Assembly: GCA_000004985.1 (NCBI GenBank)
Contig: GG738845.1
From: Naegleria gruberi
Taxonomy: Eukaryota
Direction: 5' to 3' (one strand)
Length of the DNA stretch: 64,000 nucleotides
The translations under genes and the position numbers were made by a program. The notes under the pieces were generated by a model that was not told the DNA's origin, did no database searches, and saw only the letters and a list, made by a program, of their open reading frames with translations. This document shows, piece by piece, positions 32,377 through 43,708 of the stretch. Position 1 is the first letter of the stretch, and each line of letters opens with the position of its first letter.

Positions 32377-32416
32377 TGACTAGCAAACAAAAAAGCACAA
32401 CAACAAAAAAATCGGG

Positions 32417-33511
32417 ATGCGTGATGGAATGAGATACACTCTGATCAAAAAAATGTCATTATCTGATGAACACACCAAAATCATTTCTTCAGCTCTCTCT
32501 TCATCTGATGATGTGAGAATTGGAGAAATTATTTTTGATGCTTCTAAATATATTTCTGAAATGGGATTGGATAAATTTATTGCACAATATGTTTCAAATA
32601 ACACTAGTCTGGTACATGTTGCTGTTATAGGATTCCCTTTTGATGAAGGTGTAAAAAGAAACGGAGGAAGAGTAGGATCAAAACATGCACCAACTTCATT
32701 CAGAAAGATGATACGACGTGCAGGAACTGTAGTAAATCCTGAAAATAATATTAATTGTAGTTCTCTTAGGATTGTAGATTTAGGAAATGTCGTAATTGAT
32801 GATGAAACTAACCTTGAAGAGGCACACCAAAGATTAGAAGAATATGTATTTAAAGCTTTTAATATTTTACAAGCAGAAACTGTCTTTGTTATTGGAGGTG
32901 GTAATGATGAAAGCTTTTCAAACGCAAAAGGATTATTAAGACATGTTCAACAATTTGATAAAGTAGGAGTGGTAAATATAGATGCACATTTAGATGTAAG
33001 AGATTTGAAAAATGGGCTTCACCATTCTGGTTCTCCATTTAGACGTTTATTGGAAACTGATGGATTTGTTGGAAAACATTTTGTGGAGTTTGGGGCTCAG
33101 GGCACTCAATGCTCACAAACACATGCAAATTTTGTGTATGAAAAGGAGGCAAAAATTTATTGGCTTTCAAAGGACATAAAGGATGAACAATCTGCCCTAC
33201 CAATATTTAAAAAAGTGATTGAAGAAGATTTCAAGAATACTGAGAAAATATTTGTGAGCTTTGATTTGGATTGTGTTTCAATGTCATGGGCAAGTGGTGT
33301 CTCTTGTCCTTCTCCACTTGGTTTAACTGCTCAAAACGCTTTGGATATTGCATTCTATTCTGGAAATAATTCAAAAGTTAAATTATTTGATTTAAGTGAA
33401 TACAATCCAATAATAGAGGAATACAATACTGGAAAGTTAGTTGCAGCAATTTTTGTCCAGTTTGTACTTGGAGTAGCAAGCAAAACAAAGATTGGATCGA
33501 GTACTATTTAA
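32417..33511 (+). CDS. arginase-family ureohydrolase (arginase / agmatinase / formiminoglutamase-like)
   Basis: Family motifs: GFPFDEGVKRNGGRVGSKHAP, VIGGGNDESF (GGDHS-type loop), NIDAHLDVRD (DAHxD), VSFDLDCVSMSWASG (SxDxD metal site). The true start may be the second Met at about 32453 (MSLSDEH). Confidence 0.8.
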   Translation: MRDGMRYTLIKKMSLSDEHTKIISSALSSSDDVRIGEIIFDASKYISEMGLDKFIAQYVSNNTSLVHVAVIGFPFDEGVKRNGGRVGSKHAPTSFRKMIRRAGTVVNPENNINCSSLRIVDLGNVVIDDETNLEEAHQRLEEYVFKAFNILQAETVFVIGGGNDESFSNAKGLLRHVQQFDKVGVVNIDAHLDVRDLKNGLHHSGSPFRRLLETDGFVGKHFVEFGAQGTQCSQTHANFVYEKEAKIYWLSKDIKDEQSALPIFKKVIEEDFKNTEKIFVSFDLDCVSMSWASGVSCPSPLGLTAQNALDIAFYSGNNSKVKLFDLSEYNPIIEEYNTGKLVAAIFVQFVLGVASKTKIGSSTI

Positions 33512-33772
33512 ATACCTTGGCAATCATTGTAAATAAAACCAAAATACTAAAGGTTGTATTGGTCTTGTTGGGTAAATGAAATCCACATTTCTAAAAGATA
33601 TGTTTTCATTAATGACCTTCAACAAGACGGCTTCATTGATTTGGAAAATTCTGGAAAAATAGCAAAGGTCTGAATAAGACTCATCACTATCATCAAATAA
33701 TCTCTCAATGAGTGCGTGATATGGGCCAACTTCACATGCTACAAGATACCGAATAATGAAAAATAAAAAAAA

Positions 33773-34897
33773 ATGTTGATTAAATTGTTTAGCACAATCC
33801 TTTACAAATATAATCCCATCATCTCCTTCTTTTCCCCATCTGAGAAAGTAAACTCGGAATCTTTAATATCTGATTTAAAAATCACCAATTCATCAAATAA
33901 CAACAAGAATTTTGAAAGGAATTTTTATACATTTACACAACAATCTACGGATGAGTTTATTCAATTCAATTTGAAAATAACAAAATATTATGAAATTTTA
34001 CTACACTTAAACCATTTGATATTGAATAACCATTTGGCATATTTTTATTTGATACTCTCTACAACAACAAGTCTACTAATATCTTTTAGTTTTGCCATTA
34101 TTATTTTAAAACATTTAATTTTTCTACAATATGAATCACTTTTTGATATTTTGTACATTATAATGGATTTGGTTATTCTCAGTTGTATTATATTTCCAAT
34201 TTTTAGTTTTTCTTATAATATTATTCTATTCTTATTGAATAATTTTCCATCTCCGATTCATTACGTTTACGATTTTGTACAAAAATTATCAAAAATTGAT
34301 ACAGATTCTACTTCAATACATTATTTTTCTTCAGAGAGCTTGAAAATTATTAATAATAGAGGTATTGAATTGGACAAACAATTATTGGATATCAGTAAAA
34401 TCCAAAGTACCAATCCTTCAACAAATCAACAAGTTTCACTCTCTCATTTACTTATTCTATTATTGAGATATCATTTTTCTATTACTACCAATACCAGTAT
34501 TGAATCAAGTCAAGAAATAACCTTCCATGAAAAGAGAAATCAGTTTATTCCATTCGAAGATGTTGAAATAGCTGTAATTAGAGAAGGGATATTCGAAGAT
34601 GGTCTAAAGAGTAAAGTGACTTCAAAAAATGATAAGAACGGAAACGTAATTGATGATAGAAATGTAATTATTGGTCAAAGTTGTGTCTCAAATGAATTCG
34701 TCTTGGACCCAGTTGCTTATCTTGTTTTTAGAGAAAATATTAAAAGAAAGAAAAAGATTCATGACCTCTCAGTAATTATGAAATCGCTCCATAGTAGAGA
34801 AATACTATTATTTGAAACAACAAGACCAAAATTAATGCACACAAAACAAATTTACAAGAAATTACGAGAAGTATTAAACGGCAATGTTAATAAATAA
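33773..34897 (+). CDS. hypothetical multipass membrane protein (374 aa), N/I/L-rich, no recognisable family
   Basis: A 1.1-kb uninterrupted ORF in very AT-rich DNA, which is unlikely by chance. It has several hydrophobic segments (LAYFYLILSTTTSLLISFSFAIIILKHLIFL, LVILSCIIFPIFSFSYNIILFLL) and a charged C-terminal region. Confidence 0.5.
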   Translation: MLIKLFSTILYKYNPIISFFSPSEKVNSESLISDLKITNSSNNNKNFERNFYTFTQQSTDEFIQFNLKITKYYEILLHLNHLILNNHLAYFYLILSTTTSLLISFSFAIIILKHLIFLQYESLFDILYIIMDLVILSCIIFPIFSFSYNIILFLLNNFPSPIHYVYDFVQKLSKIDTDSTSIHYFSSESLKIINNRGIELDKQLLDISKIQSTNPSTNQQVSLSHLLILLLRYHFSITTNTSIESSQEITFHEKRNQFIPFEDVEIAVIREGIFEDGLKSKVTSKNDKNGNVIDDRNVIIGQSCVSNEFVLDPVAYLVFRENIKRKKKIHDLSVIMKSLHSREILLFETTRPKLMHTKQIYKKLREVLNGNVNK

Positions 34898-34947
34898 AAA
34901 TTGAGTAACAATATTTAAAAAAATTTGTTATTAATTAAAACAAAAAA

Positions 34948-36207
34948 ATGAAAGCTGTTCGTATTGCCCGTCCTTGCCTTTCATCTGCAAAGATGAATAA
35001 AATTCAAATTTTTGCATCATCACAAAGAAATATCAGCAATTTTGTTATTGACAGTACTCTCACAGAAGAACAACTCCAATTAAGAGAAAGTATTAGACAA
35101 TTCGTAAAGGAAGAAATATCACCAATTGCCGCCCAAGTTGATCAAACAAACAGTGCTCCAGTCAGAGATTTGTGGAAGAAAATGGGTGATTTAGGTCTTT
35201 TGGGTATTACTATTGATCCAGAATATGGTGGTACTGGCTTAGGAGTTTTCGAACATACTCTTGCTGTTGAAGAACTTTCACGTGGTTCGGGCAGTATTGC
35301 ATTGAGTTATGGTGCTCATAGTAATTTGTGTGTTGATCGTATTTTCCGTATTGGTAATAAGGAACAAAAAGAAAAGTATTTACCAAAACTTATTAGTGGA
35401 GAACATGTTGGTGCTCTTGCTATGAGTGAACCAAACTCAGGTTCCGATGTTGTTTCAATGAAAACTAGAGCTGAGAAAAAAGGTGATAAATATATTTTGA
35501 ATGGTAATAAGATGTGGATTACTAATGGACCTGATGCAGATGTTTTAGTTGTTTATGCAAAAACTGATATTTCTGCTGGCTCAAAGGGTATTACTGCTTT
35601 TATTATTGAAAAGGGATTTAAAGGATTTTCTACTGCTCAAAAACTTGACAAGTGTGGTATGAGAGGAAGTAACACTTGTGAATTGGTTTTCCAAGATTGT
35701 GAAGTTCCTGTAGAAAATGTTTTGGGCAAAGTCAATGAAGGTGTTAAGGTTTTAATGTCTGGTTTGGATTATGAAAGATGTATTCTTGCTGGTGGTCCAC
35801 TTGGTCTTATGGAAGGATGTATGGATGTTGTTGTACCTTATGTACATGAGAGAAAACAATTTGGTCAATCAATTGGTGAATTCCAATTAATGCAAGGTAA
35901 ACTTGCTGACATGTACACCAAACTTAATGTTTGTCGTTCATATGTATACTCTGTTGCTCGTGCTTGTGATTTAAGTCCAACAAGTAAGCCATTGAGAAAG
36001 GATTGTGCTGGTGCTATTCTTTATGCAGCTGAGGGAGCAACATGGTTAGCATCCCAAGCTATCCAAACATTAGGTGGTAATGGTTACACTAAGGAATATC
36101 CAGTGGAAAGAATATGGAGAGATGCCAAGCTCTATGAAATTGGTGCTGGTACAAGTGAAATTAGAAGAATGCTTATCGGTAGAGAATTGTTCGAAGAAAC
36201 TAAATAA
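34948..36207 (+). CDS. IVD: isovaleryl-CoA dehydrogenase, mitochondrial (leucine catabolism)
   Basis: Very high similarity to IVD along the whole length: [125 protein letters not shown]. There is an N-terminal presequence. The gene ends in TAA. Confidence 0.92.
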   Translation: MKAVRIARPCLSSAKMNKIQIFASSQRNISNFVIDSTLTEEQLQLRESIRQFVKEEISPIAAQVDQTNSAPVRDLWKKMGDLGLLGITIDPEYGGTGLGVFEHTLAVEELSRGSGSIALSYGAHSNLCVDRIFRIGNKEQKEKYLPKLISGEHVGALAMSEPNSGSDVVSMKTRAEKKGDKYILNGNKMWITNGPDADVLVVYAKTDISAGSKGITAFIIEKGFKGFSTAQKLDKCGMRGSNTCELVFQDCEVPVENVLGKVNEGVKVLMSGLDYERCILAGGPLGLMEGCMDVVVPYVHERKQFGQSIGEFQLMQGKLADMYTKLNVCRSYVYSVARACDLSPTSKPLRKDCAGAILYAAEGATWLASQAIQTLGGNGYTKEYPVERIWRDAKLYEIGAGTSEIRRMLIGRELFEETK

Positions 36208-36255
36208 ATCAGGGGCTAATACAAACGAATTTGGCGCCATTTCAAAAACAAAAAA

Positions 36256-37098
36256 ATGCTCAATCCGAATGATATTGAGGAACATTCCACTAGACCACTT
36301 TCTTCATCAATATTTTCTCCACTTTCCCCTACAAAGATGAGTATGAGAAAAAGTAAGAAAATAGGAAATCTTCTTAGACCAGGAACTGCAGCCAGTACTT
36401 TTTATCAAGTTTTAAACCAACCACAAACGGATCAAACCCTTCTCGGAAATTCTTCATCAAATAATATTCAAACAAATGGAAAAGGGACTTTCCTAGCTCC
36501 ACAAGATGAAAATCGTATGTTATTGACTCATCTCATTATTTAGATCTTTATAGTTATTGAAATTAATTCCGATCTCCCCCTTGCAATACTAATATATTTC
36601 CACAGCTTTTATTCGACAGCATGGTTATTGGTGACATTAGTATTACACATTTTGAAGCATAATTTTAATACAATTTCAACAACAGATACTGCTATTTTCT
36701 CTGTTATAATTGTTGTTTGGACAGTAATTGAATTTCCAAGATTATTGATTGGCTATTCAGGAAATTTGAAAGAGAAAGTGCCTAGAGTTTTTGCATTCAT
36801 GATTCTTTCCACTATTCAACCATTATTGTATATTTATTTCATTGTTTATCAACCTGTTGTATCTCCATTAGACTACATTATTTGTAGTATTCAGTTGCTT
36901 TTCTACATTTTGGAATATATTTTCGGAATCAGTTCTCTCAGAAATTTCACAAGAGTTAGCGGGATTAGATACAAATTGTACTTTAACAAGGATGGTACAC
37001 TAGCCCTTGATGAGGAGGAAGATGTCGAAAACAAAAATTTCGTGGAACCTTTTAATATCAATACTGAAGGTGATTTTAGTGATCATTCAGAAAACTGA
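36256..37098 (+). CDS. hypothetical multipass membrane protein, 2 exons (about 270 aa)
   Basis: Exon 1 is 36256-36514 (soluble S/T-rich N-terminus). The intron is 36515-36553 (39 nt, GTATGT...TATAG). Exon 2 is 36554-37098, in the frame of track ORF 36628-37098 with 4-5 hydrophobic helices. The TTG start the track gives for 36628 is an artefact. Splicing joins ...APQDEN to LIEINSDLPLAILIYFHSF... in frame. Confidence 0.55.
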
Positions 37099-37165
37099 GT
37101 CAAATCCACCAACCATTCGTATTGTAAATCGGAAAAAAGAAGTCATCAAAAAAAATACCATCACA

Positions 37166-40100
37166 ATGTCAAACAATTTTACCAACGATAAACTTATACA
37201 CAATTTAGAGTATAATTTATCTGATTTATCTGACTTGAACAAATTACAATCTATATTAGAAATTTACTATTCTGGTAGTCTTTATGTCCATGGATCAAAC
37301 AACAGTCAACAACAAATTAATATTGAAACCATGCTTCAACATTATTTTGGTTCCGATAGAGATTGTTGGAAAAAAGGTATTTTACTTTTAGCTAATAGCA
37401 GTGGAAATTCTACAATGCAACACGTTCAATGGTTTGCATTAACTCTTTTAGAGGAGAGTGTGCATCATGTTGCTTATTGGCAGAATGAAATGAAGGATGA
37501 GGAGAGACAACAAGTGGAAAATGTACTTATGGTTAATGTTCTACCAAATTATAGGGTAGGTTAATATTTTAGTATGGTCTATTTATCATAATCATCAAAA
37601 AAAATATCAGCTTTATCCTGCTTCTATTTGGAGAAAGGCTTGTAAAGTTGTTGTGGAAATTGTAAAAATGGAATGGCCACAAAGATGGCCAAACTTTTTA
37701 AATCAAGTTTTTCAAATTGGAAACAATTCTGATACAGTAGTTGTTGCTCTTACTATTTTACAAATGTTATCTGAAGAAATTTCAAGTATGAGTGGAGAGA
37801 ATACCAGAGATAAAGATGATATTCCAGAAGATAGAAAAGAGGTTCTTTATCAATCTATGCTTTCTATTGTAGATGAATTGTTAACTTTTCTTTTAGGAAT
37901 TTTAACATCACTTCATGATGGTTATTTTGCCACATTATTTTCAAAGATACAATCCCAACAAAATATTGATGAAACAAGTTTCAAAGGATTTTGTGAAATT
38001 GTTACTTTCTCTCTTGATTGTTTGAATCATGTACTATCATGGGTTAGTCCTATTGAGCGATATCTTCTTTCACACTCAAATCTTTTCCCTTGCATTGTGA
38101 ATTATGTTAAAGTGTATTTCAATTTAATTTATTGCACTTCAGGAAATGGTATGTTCTTATTTTGGTTATGGTTTTATAAAATTTCATTAAAGAGTCAATC
38201 AAGGAAAGAATAGACGATCCAATGTACTCCATAACAACAAAGGCTTTGAGCTGTTTTAGTGAAGTTATTTCCAAATCAATCAAAACAACACAAGTAGATG
38301 ATAACTATGCTAGATCGCTTGGTATTTTAATGAATAACATGTATTCAGCTATGCTTGACCTTTTATCAACTTACAGTGGTATTTTTAATTTCGAGAATGG
38401 TATGTTTACAATATTTATATTATTAAACCATTTCAGAGAATACAAAATTGAAATTAATAGAATTATTTTCAGAAGGAGAACGTGAGGAACTTATTGTAAA
38501 ACTGCATTTAATGGTACAAGGATTCAGTGAATACCATTTGGGAAGAATATTTCTTGCTATGCATAATGATGATTTAGGTCATGGGTTGAATAAGCTTCAG
38601 TTAAACTTTGATATCAATGCATTTTTGGAACGTTTTTATAGATTTACAACTCTTCAATTCACTACTGATGATTATCAGACAGCAGTGGCAACTTGGCTCA
38701 CTATTATAGATACAGTTACAAACTCGTTTGAAGACGTTAGTGATACAAGTTTCTATCAAACCTACCACAATTGTATTAAACTCTTAATTAGAGATGTTAT
38801 AGGAAGAATTCAATTCAGAGAAATTAAGAAATATTTTTCTAATTCCCTCAAAGTTAATATTGAAAAAATTGATATCAAATATTTGGAAGATTTGGATGAT
38901 ACCAAAAAAGATAGCCAAAATTGCACTGATTTTTATAATCATTTAGATGTTTGTGTTGAATTAATAGGGGCTAGTATTGAAACCTTTAGAGATGAATTAG
39001 AAGTTGTAATGGAAAATTTCGAAAAAACTATTACAGATTTCAATTCTGTATTCAATAACCTTCTTCCTTCTTGCATTCAATCTCAAACACTTCCGGATAG
39101 GAAAACCTGGGATATTGTCACTATGATATTTAAAGATTTGAGAACTTTGATTTTTATCCTTACAAGATTATCAAACACATTCGTTTATGATTTTGAGAGC
39201 AAATTTAATATTACTGCCAATCTATTTACCAAAATTTTAGCTATACAAAATACTGGAATCAGAACAATATTTGATAACAATAGTCAATATGCTATGATAA
39301 TTCAAAAATTAGATCCATCACCTCATTCTATTGGGTTATATAGGTTAACAGAAGAAACTTTTTCATTCCTTCAACAATACATTAGATGGATTTTCCTCTT
39401 TGGTACAAATATTAGTGCCAAAATTGTTGAGCAAGTGGAAAAGAGTGGTTCAACCTCTGATGAATTATTACAAATGCAAACTAATTATATCTCTTTAGTG
39501 ACTAGTATCTGTGATAATATTGTGCAATGTCTATTAATAAGTAGTAATAGCGCAAGTTTTACATTACCATTCGATTTGACTGCTTCTTCTACCAGTCTTT
39601 TATTATTACTGTCTTCCTCACTTACTAATTTAAGTTTGAAACAACCAACAGCTACAAATCTTAATGGAATGGCCTATAAGCATTTTCTTTCTACCACTAT
39701 TGAAGAATTACCTTCATTTCAATCCCTAATTCTACCAAATTTGAATCAAATGATTTCTTCTATTGCATCCAAATATCCTCCAATTTTAGAGAATGCTGAA
39801 TTTATTCTTTCTAAAATATTTGTATCCATTTCTACCAGTATTTTAAGCAAAGTTAAAATAGCACCTTCTGTTTATCCTAATATGANNNNNNNNNNNNNNN
39901 NNNNNNNNNNNNNNNNNNNNNNNNNNNNNNNNNNNNNNNNNNNNNNNNNNNNNNNNNNNNNNNNNNNNNNNNNNNNNNNNNNNNNNNNNNNNNNNNNNNN
40001 NNNNNNNNNNNNNNNNNNNNNNNNNNNNNNNNNNNNNNNNNNNNNNNNNNNNNNNNNNNNNNNNNNNNNNNNNNNNNNNNNNNNNNNNNNNNNNNNNNNN

Positions 40101-41166
40101 NNNNNNNNNNNNNNNNNNNNNNNNNNNNNNNNNNNNNNNNNNNNNNNNNNNNNNNNNNNNNNNNNNNNNNNNNNNNNNNNNNNNNNNNNNNNNNNNNNNN
40201 NNNNNNNNNNNNNNNNNNNNNNNNNNNNNNNNNNNNNNNNNNNNNNNNNNNNNNNNNNNNNNNNNNNNNNNNNNNNNNNNNNNNNNCATGGAACTTATCA
40301 CAGGATCCATGCCTATCTTTATCAAAGACAATCATGGAAGAACAGTTTTAATACAATTACTCAAACTTTTAAAGGCTGTAGTATCTGATGGAAGTGGAAA
40401 GCTTTCCAGTACCATACCTAAAATAATTCATACTTGCAAAAATATTATTTATCCAGAGTTGAAGAGTATTGGGGAAGGTAAAACAATTGGAAATACTTCC
40501 TCAATTGAGGTTCTTCCATATTATTATGACTTATTGTATTGTATTTTAAATTATAACATGAAATATTTCTTCATATCTAATATTGTGAATGGAGTTATTC
40601 AAGAACAACAATGTACAAGTATTGAAACTTTAGATCAATTCTGTTTCATAATGGAATGTTTTTTGAATTCATTTTACTCAACAGATATTTCTATTTTTAA
40701 GAAAAATTTATCTTTGTTAGAGGATTTGAATGATAGGAACAAACTTTATGAAAGATTAGCTTTCAGACAAGTCTTGCCTGCTTTTGGTAATAATTCAATG
40801 ATGAATTGTTTTGCTACAATTTTTATTAATATTTTAATAGCCAAAAGTCACAACCTTTACAAGTCAGAATTAATAACATCACTTTATAATATGGTTAATG
40901 CTGGAAATTGGGAAAATTTTTCAGTTTTCATCCAACAATTTTTGAGCAGCGATAACAAGTTAGTGCAAAAGTTGAGTAATGACCAAAAACAACAATTACT
41001 TATTCGTCTGCTAGCTAAACCAAATCATATTGAGGATTCTGAATGGAGAAGAAGAGAAAGCTTTGCAAAAAGAGTATCCCAATTCACAAACGATATTTCT
41101 TACAGTGTAAAGCAAAACACACATTCTAACCTATCCTTCCTTGTTTTAAATTATATTAATAAATAA
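37166..41166 (+). CDS. exportin-5 / Msn5-like importin-beta-family nuclear export receptor; at least 5 exons, interrupted by a 401-N assembly gap
   Basis: Exons 37166-37555, 37611-38148, 38193-38399, 38437-39885 (runs into the gap at 39886-40286) and 40287-41166. Introns are 55, 44 and 37 nt (GTAGGT, GTATGT, GTATGT donors). The product carries the exportin-5 hallmark ...VVEIVKMEWPQRWPNFLNQVFQIGNNSDTVVVALTILQMLSEEI (compare human XPO5 MIKREWPQHWPDMLIEL) within HEAT-like repeats. The frame changes across the gap, as expected for a gap of unknown length. Confidence 0.7.
39886..40286. other. assembly gap (401 N)
   Basis: Run of N inside the exportin-5-like gene. The frame differs on the two sides of the gap. 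Confidence 0.99.
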
Positions 41167-41234
41167 AACAAATTATTATTTTTAAATGGGTTGTATTAAA
41201 ATAATTTTTTTTTAAAAATTAAATATTAAAAAAA

Positions 41235-43694
41235 ATGGCTCCAAAGAAAAAGAAAAGTACCTCTGATAAACCAGCAAAGGAGTCAAAAAAAAAGAAAAAA
41301 TCGGAATCTTCATCTTCGGAAACAACAAATACTACAGTTGACACAACCAATAGTAATAAAATACAAGAAACTGTACCTGATGCACAAATAATATTACAAG
41401 AAGCTGATCAACAAGTGCTTCAGCAAGAACCAACAAAAGTAGTATCAACAGAACATGAAGAGACAAAAAAAAGAAAAACATCTCCAAATACATCTGATGA
41501 AGCATTACAACAACAAGAACCTCAACGTAAAAAATTTCAAATATCACTAAAAACTTTAGGAAGCAGGAACTATAGATTTACTCCACTTTCTTCTGATAAC
41601 TCTTCTACCTCCTCGCTTACAAATACTGAAAAAGGGGAAAAATGTAAAAATACTTGTTATATGTGTCAAATACATAGACAAAGAAGTGGTGAGCCTGAAC
41701 CCATTCCATATGTTGATAGATCTGAGCAACTGACTACCTCATATATGGAGGGCTTGTGTAAATTACATGGAGGTGGCCTAAAATTTAAGGAAACTACTCA
41801 TAAGTCATTATCAGATTTGTGTACAAATACAATACTGGAAGCAAATCAAGATATACTATCTGGTAGTAACATTGACGAAATTTTCAGATTTGAAAAGAAA
41901 ATAGATATTTTAACTGGATTACCTCCTTCTGTAGTAATCAAATTGTTTCCAGTCCATTTCATCCTAGAAGTGATGGACAATTCTCAAATTAATTCTTCAC
42001 AATCAAAAAGTCTAAAGTATACTGAAATGACCAAGCTTTTTCTTTCTCAAATATCAAAATGTAAACTAGTTCCAGATCTTTTCAGTGAGTTTAAAGATCT
42101 TAATTGTAATTTTTATGATGGCTCCGTTATAGTGCATATTATTGACATGAGAGGTCCAGAAAATCCTTCTAAAATGTATCCTTTGCAAGAAATAGTTTTA
42201 CGATCAGAACCTACAACCTTGGAAAAGGATATTTATGAATTTATTGATGATAACTCTTCTTCGAACCTTTCTGTTGAGCAGAGACTGGAAATTGTAAAAA
42301 GTATTGTGCATACTGTAAAAAATGATTTAAGTATCATTAGAAAGACTAATTCTATTTGTTTAGATCCTAATCCAAAAGTTAGTTTGGTTGCCAACTCTAT
42401 TCATTACAACAAGCTAAAGGCAGAGTTTAGAAGAAGAAGAAGACCTATTGTTCATTTTACTCAAAAACACAAATCACTATCTAATAATCAATCTATGGAA
42501 GGATTATCAGCAACCGGAGGAGCTCCAAAACAAGAGCATAACTTACTTAATTTTATTGCAAAATCTAAAACATGGAGTGAAAGTTTAATATCAAGAAAAG
42601 ACAAGGCAACCCTTCTTCATTTACCAAATAGCTCTATTGCTGGTAAAAAGAAGAAGCAGAAACTCTCATCCAAACAAAAGAAAAGCAAGGATAATGAAAC
42701 ATTTCCAAGAAATATTTCTTCAGAGTCAATTCCTGCCGAATATGCAAAAATTGTGGAGACAATATTAGTCAATTGCAAACCACCAAATAGGTGCCGTATT
42801 TTAAAATTCGAGTCATACGACAAGACAAAAACATGGAGAGTTGACATTCTTCCATATTTAGAGAATAGTGGAACAGATAACACCAAAAAATTCGAGGCAT
42901 ACATTTTACCTCCACATACATTCACACCAAATAATCAACCTGTTTTTTCACATGAACAACCATCTTCATGTATTGTTGGTGGAAGACATGCAGCTGAACT
43001 TTATGCAAGAAGATTGAAAGATATGTTTACCAGTAACGGAAAAACTAAACTAGTAATGGATCATGAAATTGATTTACAAACTTATATTACAGATAATAGA
43101 CTCACTAAACCACCTCACCTTTTGCAAAGATTAAGCAAACTTGGTTCTTCTTTACACAAACCTGCAGCACAAACACCTGTAACTAATGGTCAACCACCTA
43201 CAGTAGTTAATCCAAATGTTTCTACTCAACCAACCACAGTACCAACACCAAGCCAATATCCACAAGCAGGAACCAGTCAGCAAGCAACCATGGCTTACAC
43301 TAATGTAAATCCGCAAATGAATCCACGAAGTGCTACTGACAACATTCTAATCAAGAAGATGTTAAGTTCAATACCCCAAAGAGGTACACCAGTTGCTCCA
43401 ATCAATCCAACCACTGTTAACCCAATCAATCCAACAGCCCAAGTAGCCACTGGTAATCCAATCCAACAGGTTTTCTATCAACAGGTTCAAACAGGAATAG
43501 CAACTACAGCACTACACTATCTCAATAGTGTCATAAATCCTCAACAAGTTCCACAAAGGGCTAACTATGGAATTAATTATGTATTACCAAATAGCACACC
43601 ATTTCTTGCTGCAAACAGACAGCCTAATTCAGGCAATCCTAATCCCAATAACATAATTATCAATCCAAATCAACCAACACAAAATAAGCAATAA
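41235..43694 (+). CDS. hypothetical protein (819 aa): Lys/Ser-rich N-terminus, central Cys/His-containing region, Pro/Thr/Gln/Asn-rich low-complexity C-terminus
   Basis: Uninterrupted ORF ending in TAA. The N-terminus MAPKKKKSTSDKPAKESKKKKK is nuclear-localisation-like. The central region is CYMCQIHRQRSGEPEPIPYVDRSEQLTTSYMEGLCKLHGGG. No family assignment is possible by eye. Confidence 0.65.
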   Translation: MAPKKKKSTSDKPAKESKKKKKSESSSSETTNTTVDTTNSNKIQETVPDAQIILQEADQQVLQQEPTKVVSTEHEETKKRKTSPNTSDEALQQQEPQRKKFQISLKTLGSRNYRFTPLSSDNSSTSSLTNTEKGEKCKNTCYMCQIHRQRSGEPEPIPYVDRSEQLTTSYMEGLCKLHGGGLKFKETTHKSLSDLCTNTILEANQDILSGSNIDEIFRFEKKIDILTGLPPSVVIKLFPVHFILEVMDNSQINSSQSKSLKYTEMTKLFLSQISKCKLVPDLFSEFKDLNCNFYDGSVIVHIIDMRGPENPSKMYPLQEIVLRSEPTTLEKDIYEFIDDNSSSNLSVEQRLEIVKSIVHTVKNDLSIIRKTNSICLDPNPKVSLVANSIHYNKLKAEFRRRRRPIVHFTQKHKSLSNNQSMEGLSATGGAPKQEHNLLNFIAKSKTWSESLISRKDKATLLHLPNSSIAGKKKKQKLSSKQKKSKDNETFPRNISSESIPAEYAKIVETILVNCKPPNRCRILKFESYDKTKTWRVDILPYLENSGTDNTKKFEAYILPPHTFTPNNQPVFSHEQPSSCIVGGRHAAELYARRLKDMFTSNGKTKLVMDHEIDLQTYITDNRLTKPPHLLQRLSKLGSSLHKPAAQTPVTNGQPPTVVNPNVSTQPTTVPTPSQYPQAGTSQQATMAYTNVNPQMNPRSATDNILIKKMLSSIPQRGTPVAPINPTTVNPINPTAQVATGNPIQQVFYQQVQTGIATTALHYLNSVINPQQVPQRANYGINYVLPNSTPFLAANRQPNSGNPNPNNIIINPNQPTQNKQ

Positions 43695-43708
43695 ATTATA
43701 ATATTTAC

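Noticed and set aside
32380-32604. Minus-strand ORF 32380-32604 as an independent gene
   Set aside because: It is antisense to the 5' end of the arginase-family gene and ends in an in-frame TAG two codons before the RCC1 ORF. It is not a credible stand-alone gene. It is kept only as a possible, unproven remnant of the RCC1-EGF gene's 5' or signal-peptide exon (see the RCC1-EGF finding).
36628-37098. Track ORF 36628-37098 as a gene starting at 36628
   Set aside because: The 'M' is a TTG. The reading frame is open upstream to 36554 and is joined by a 39-nt GTATGT intron to an ATG-initiated exon at 36256-36514. It is annotated instead as a 2-exon gene at 36256-37098.
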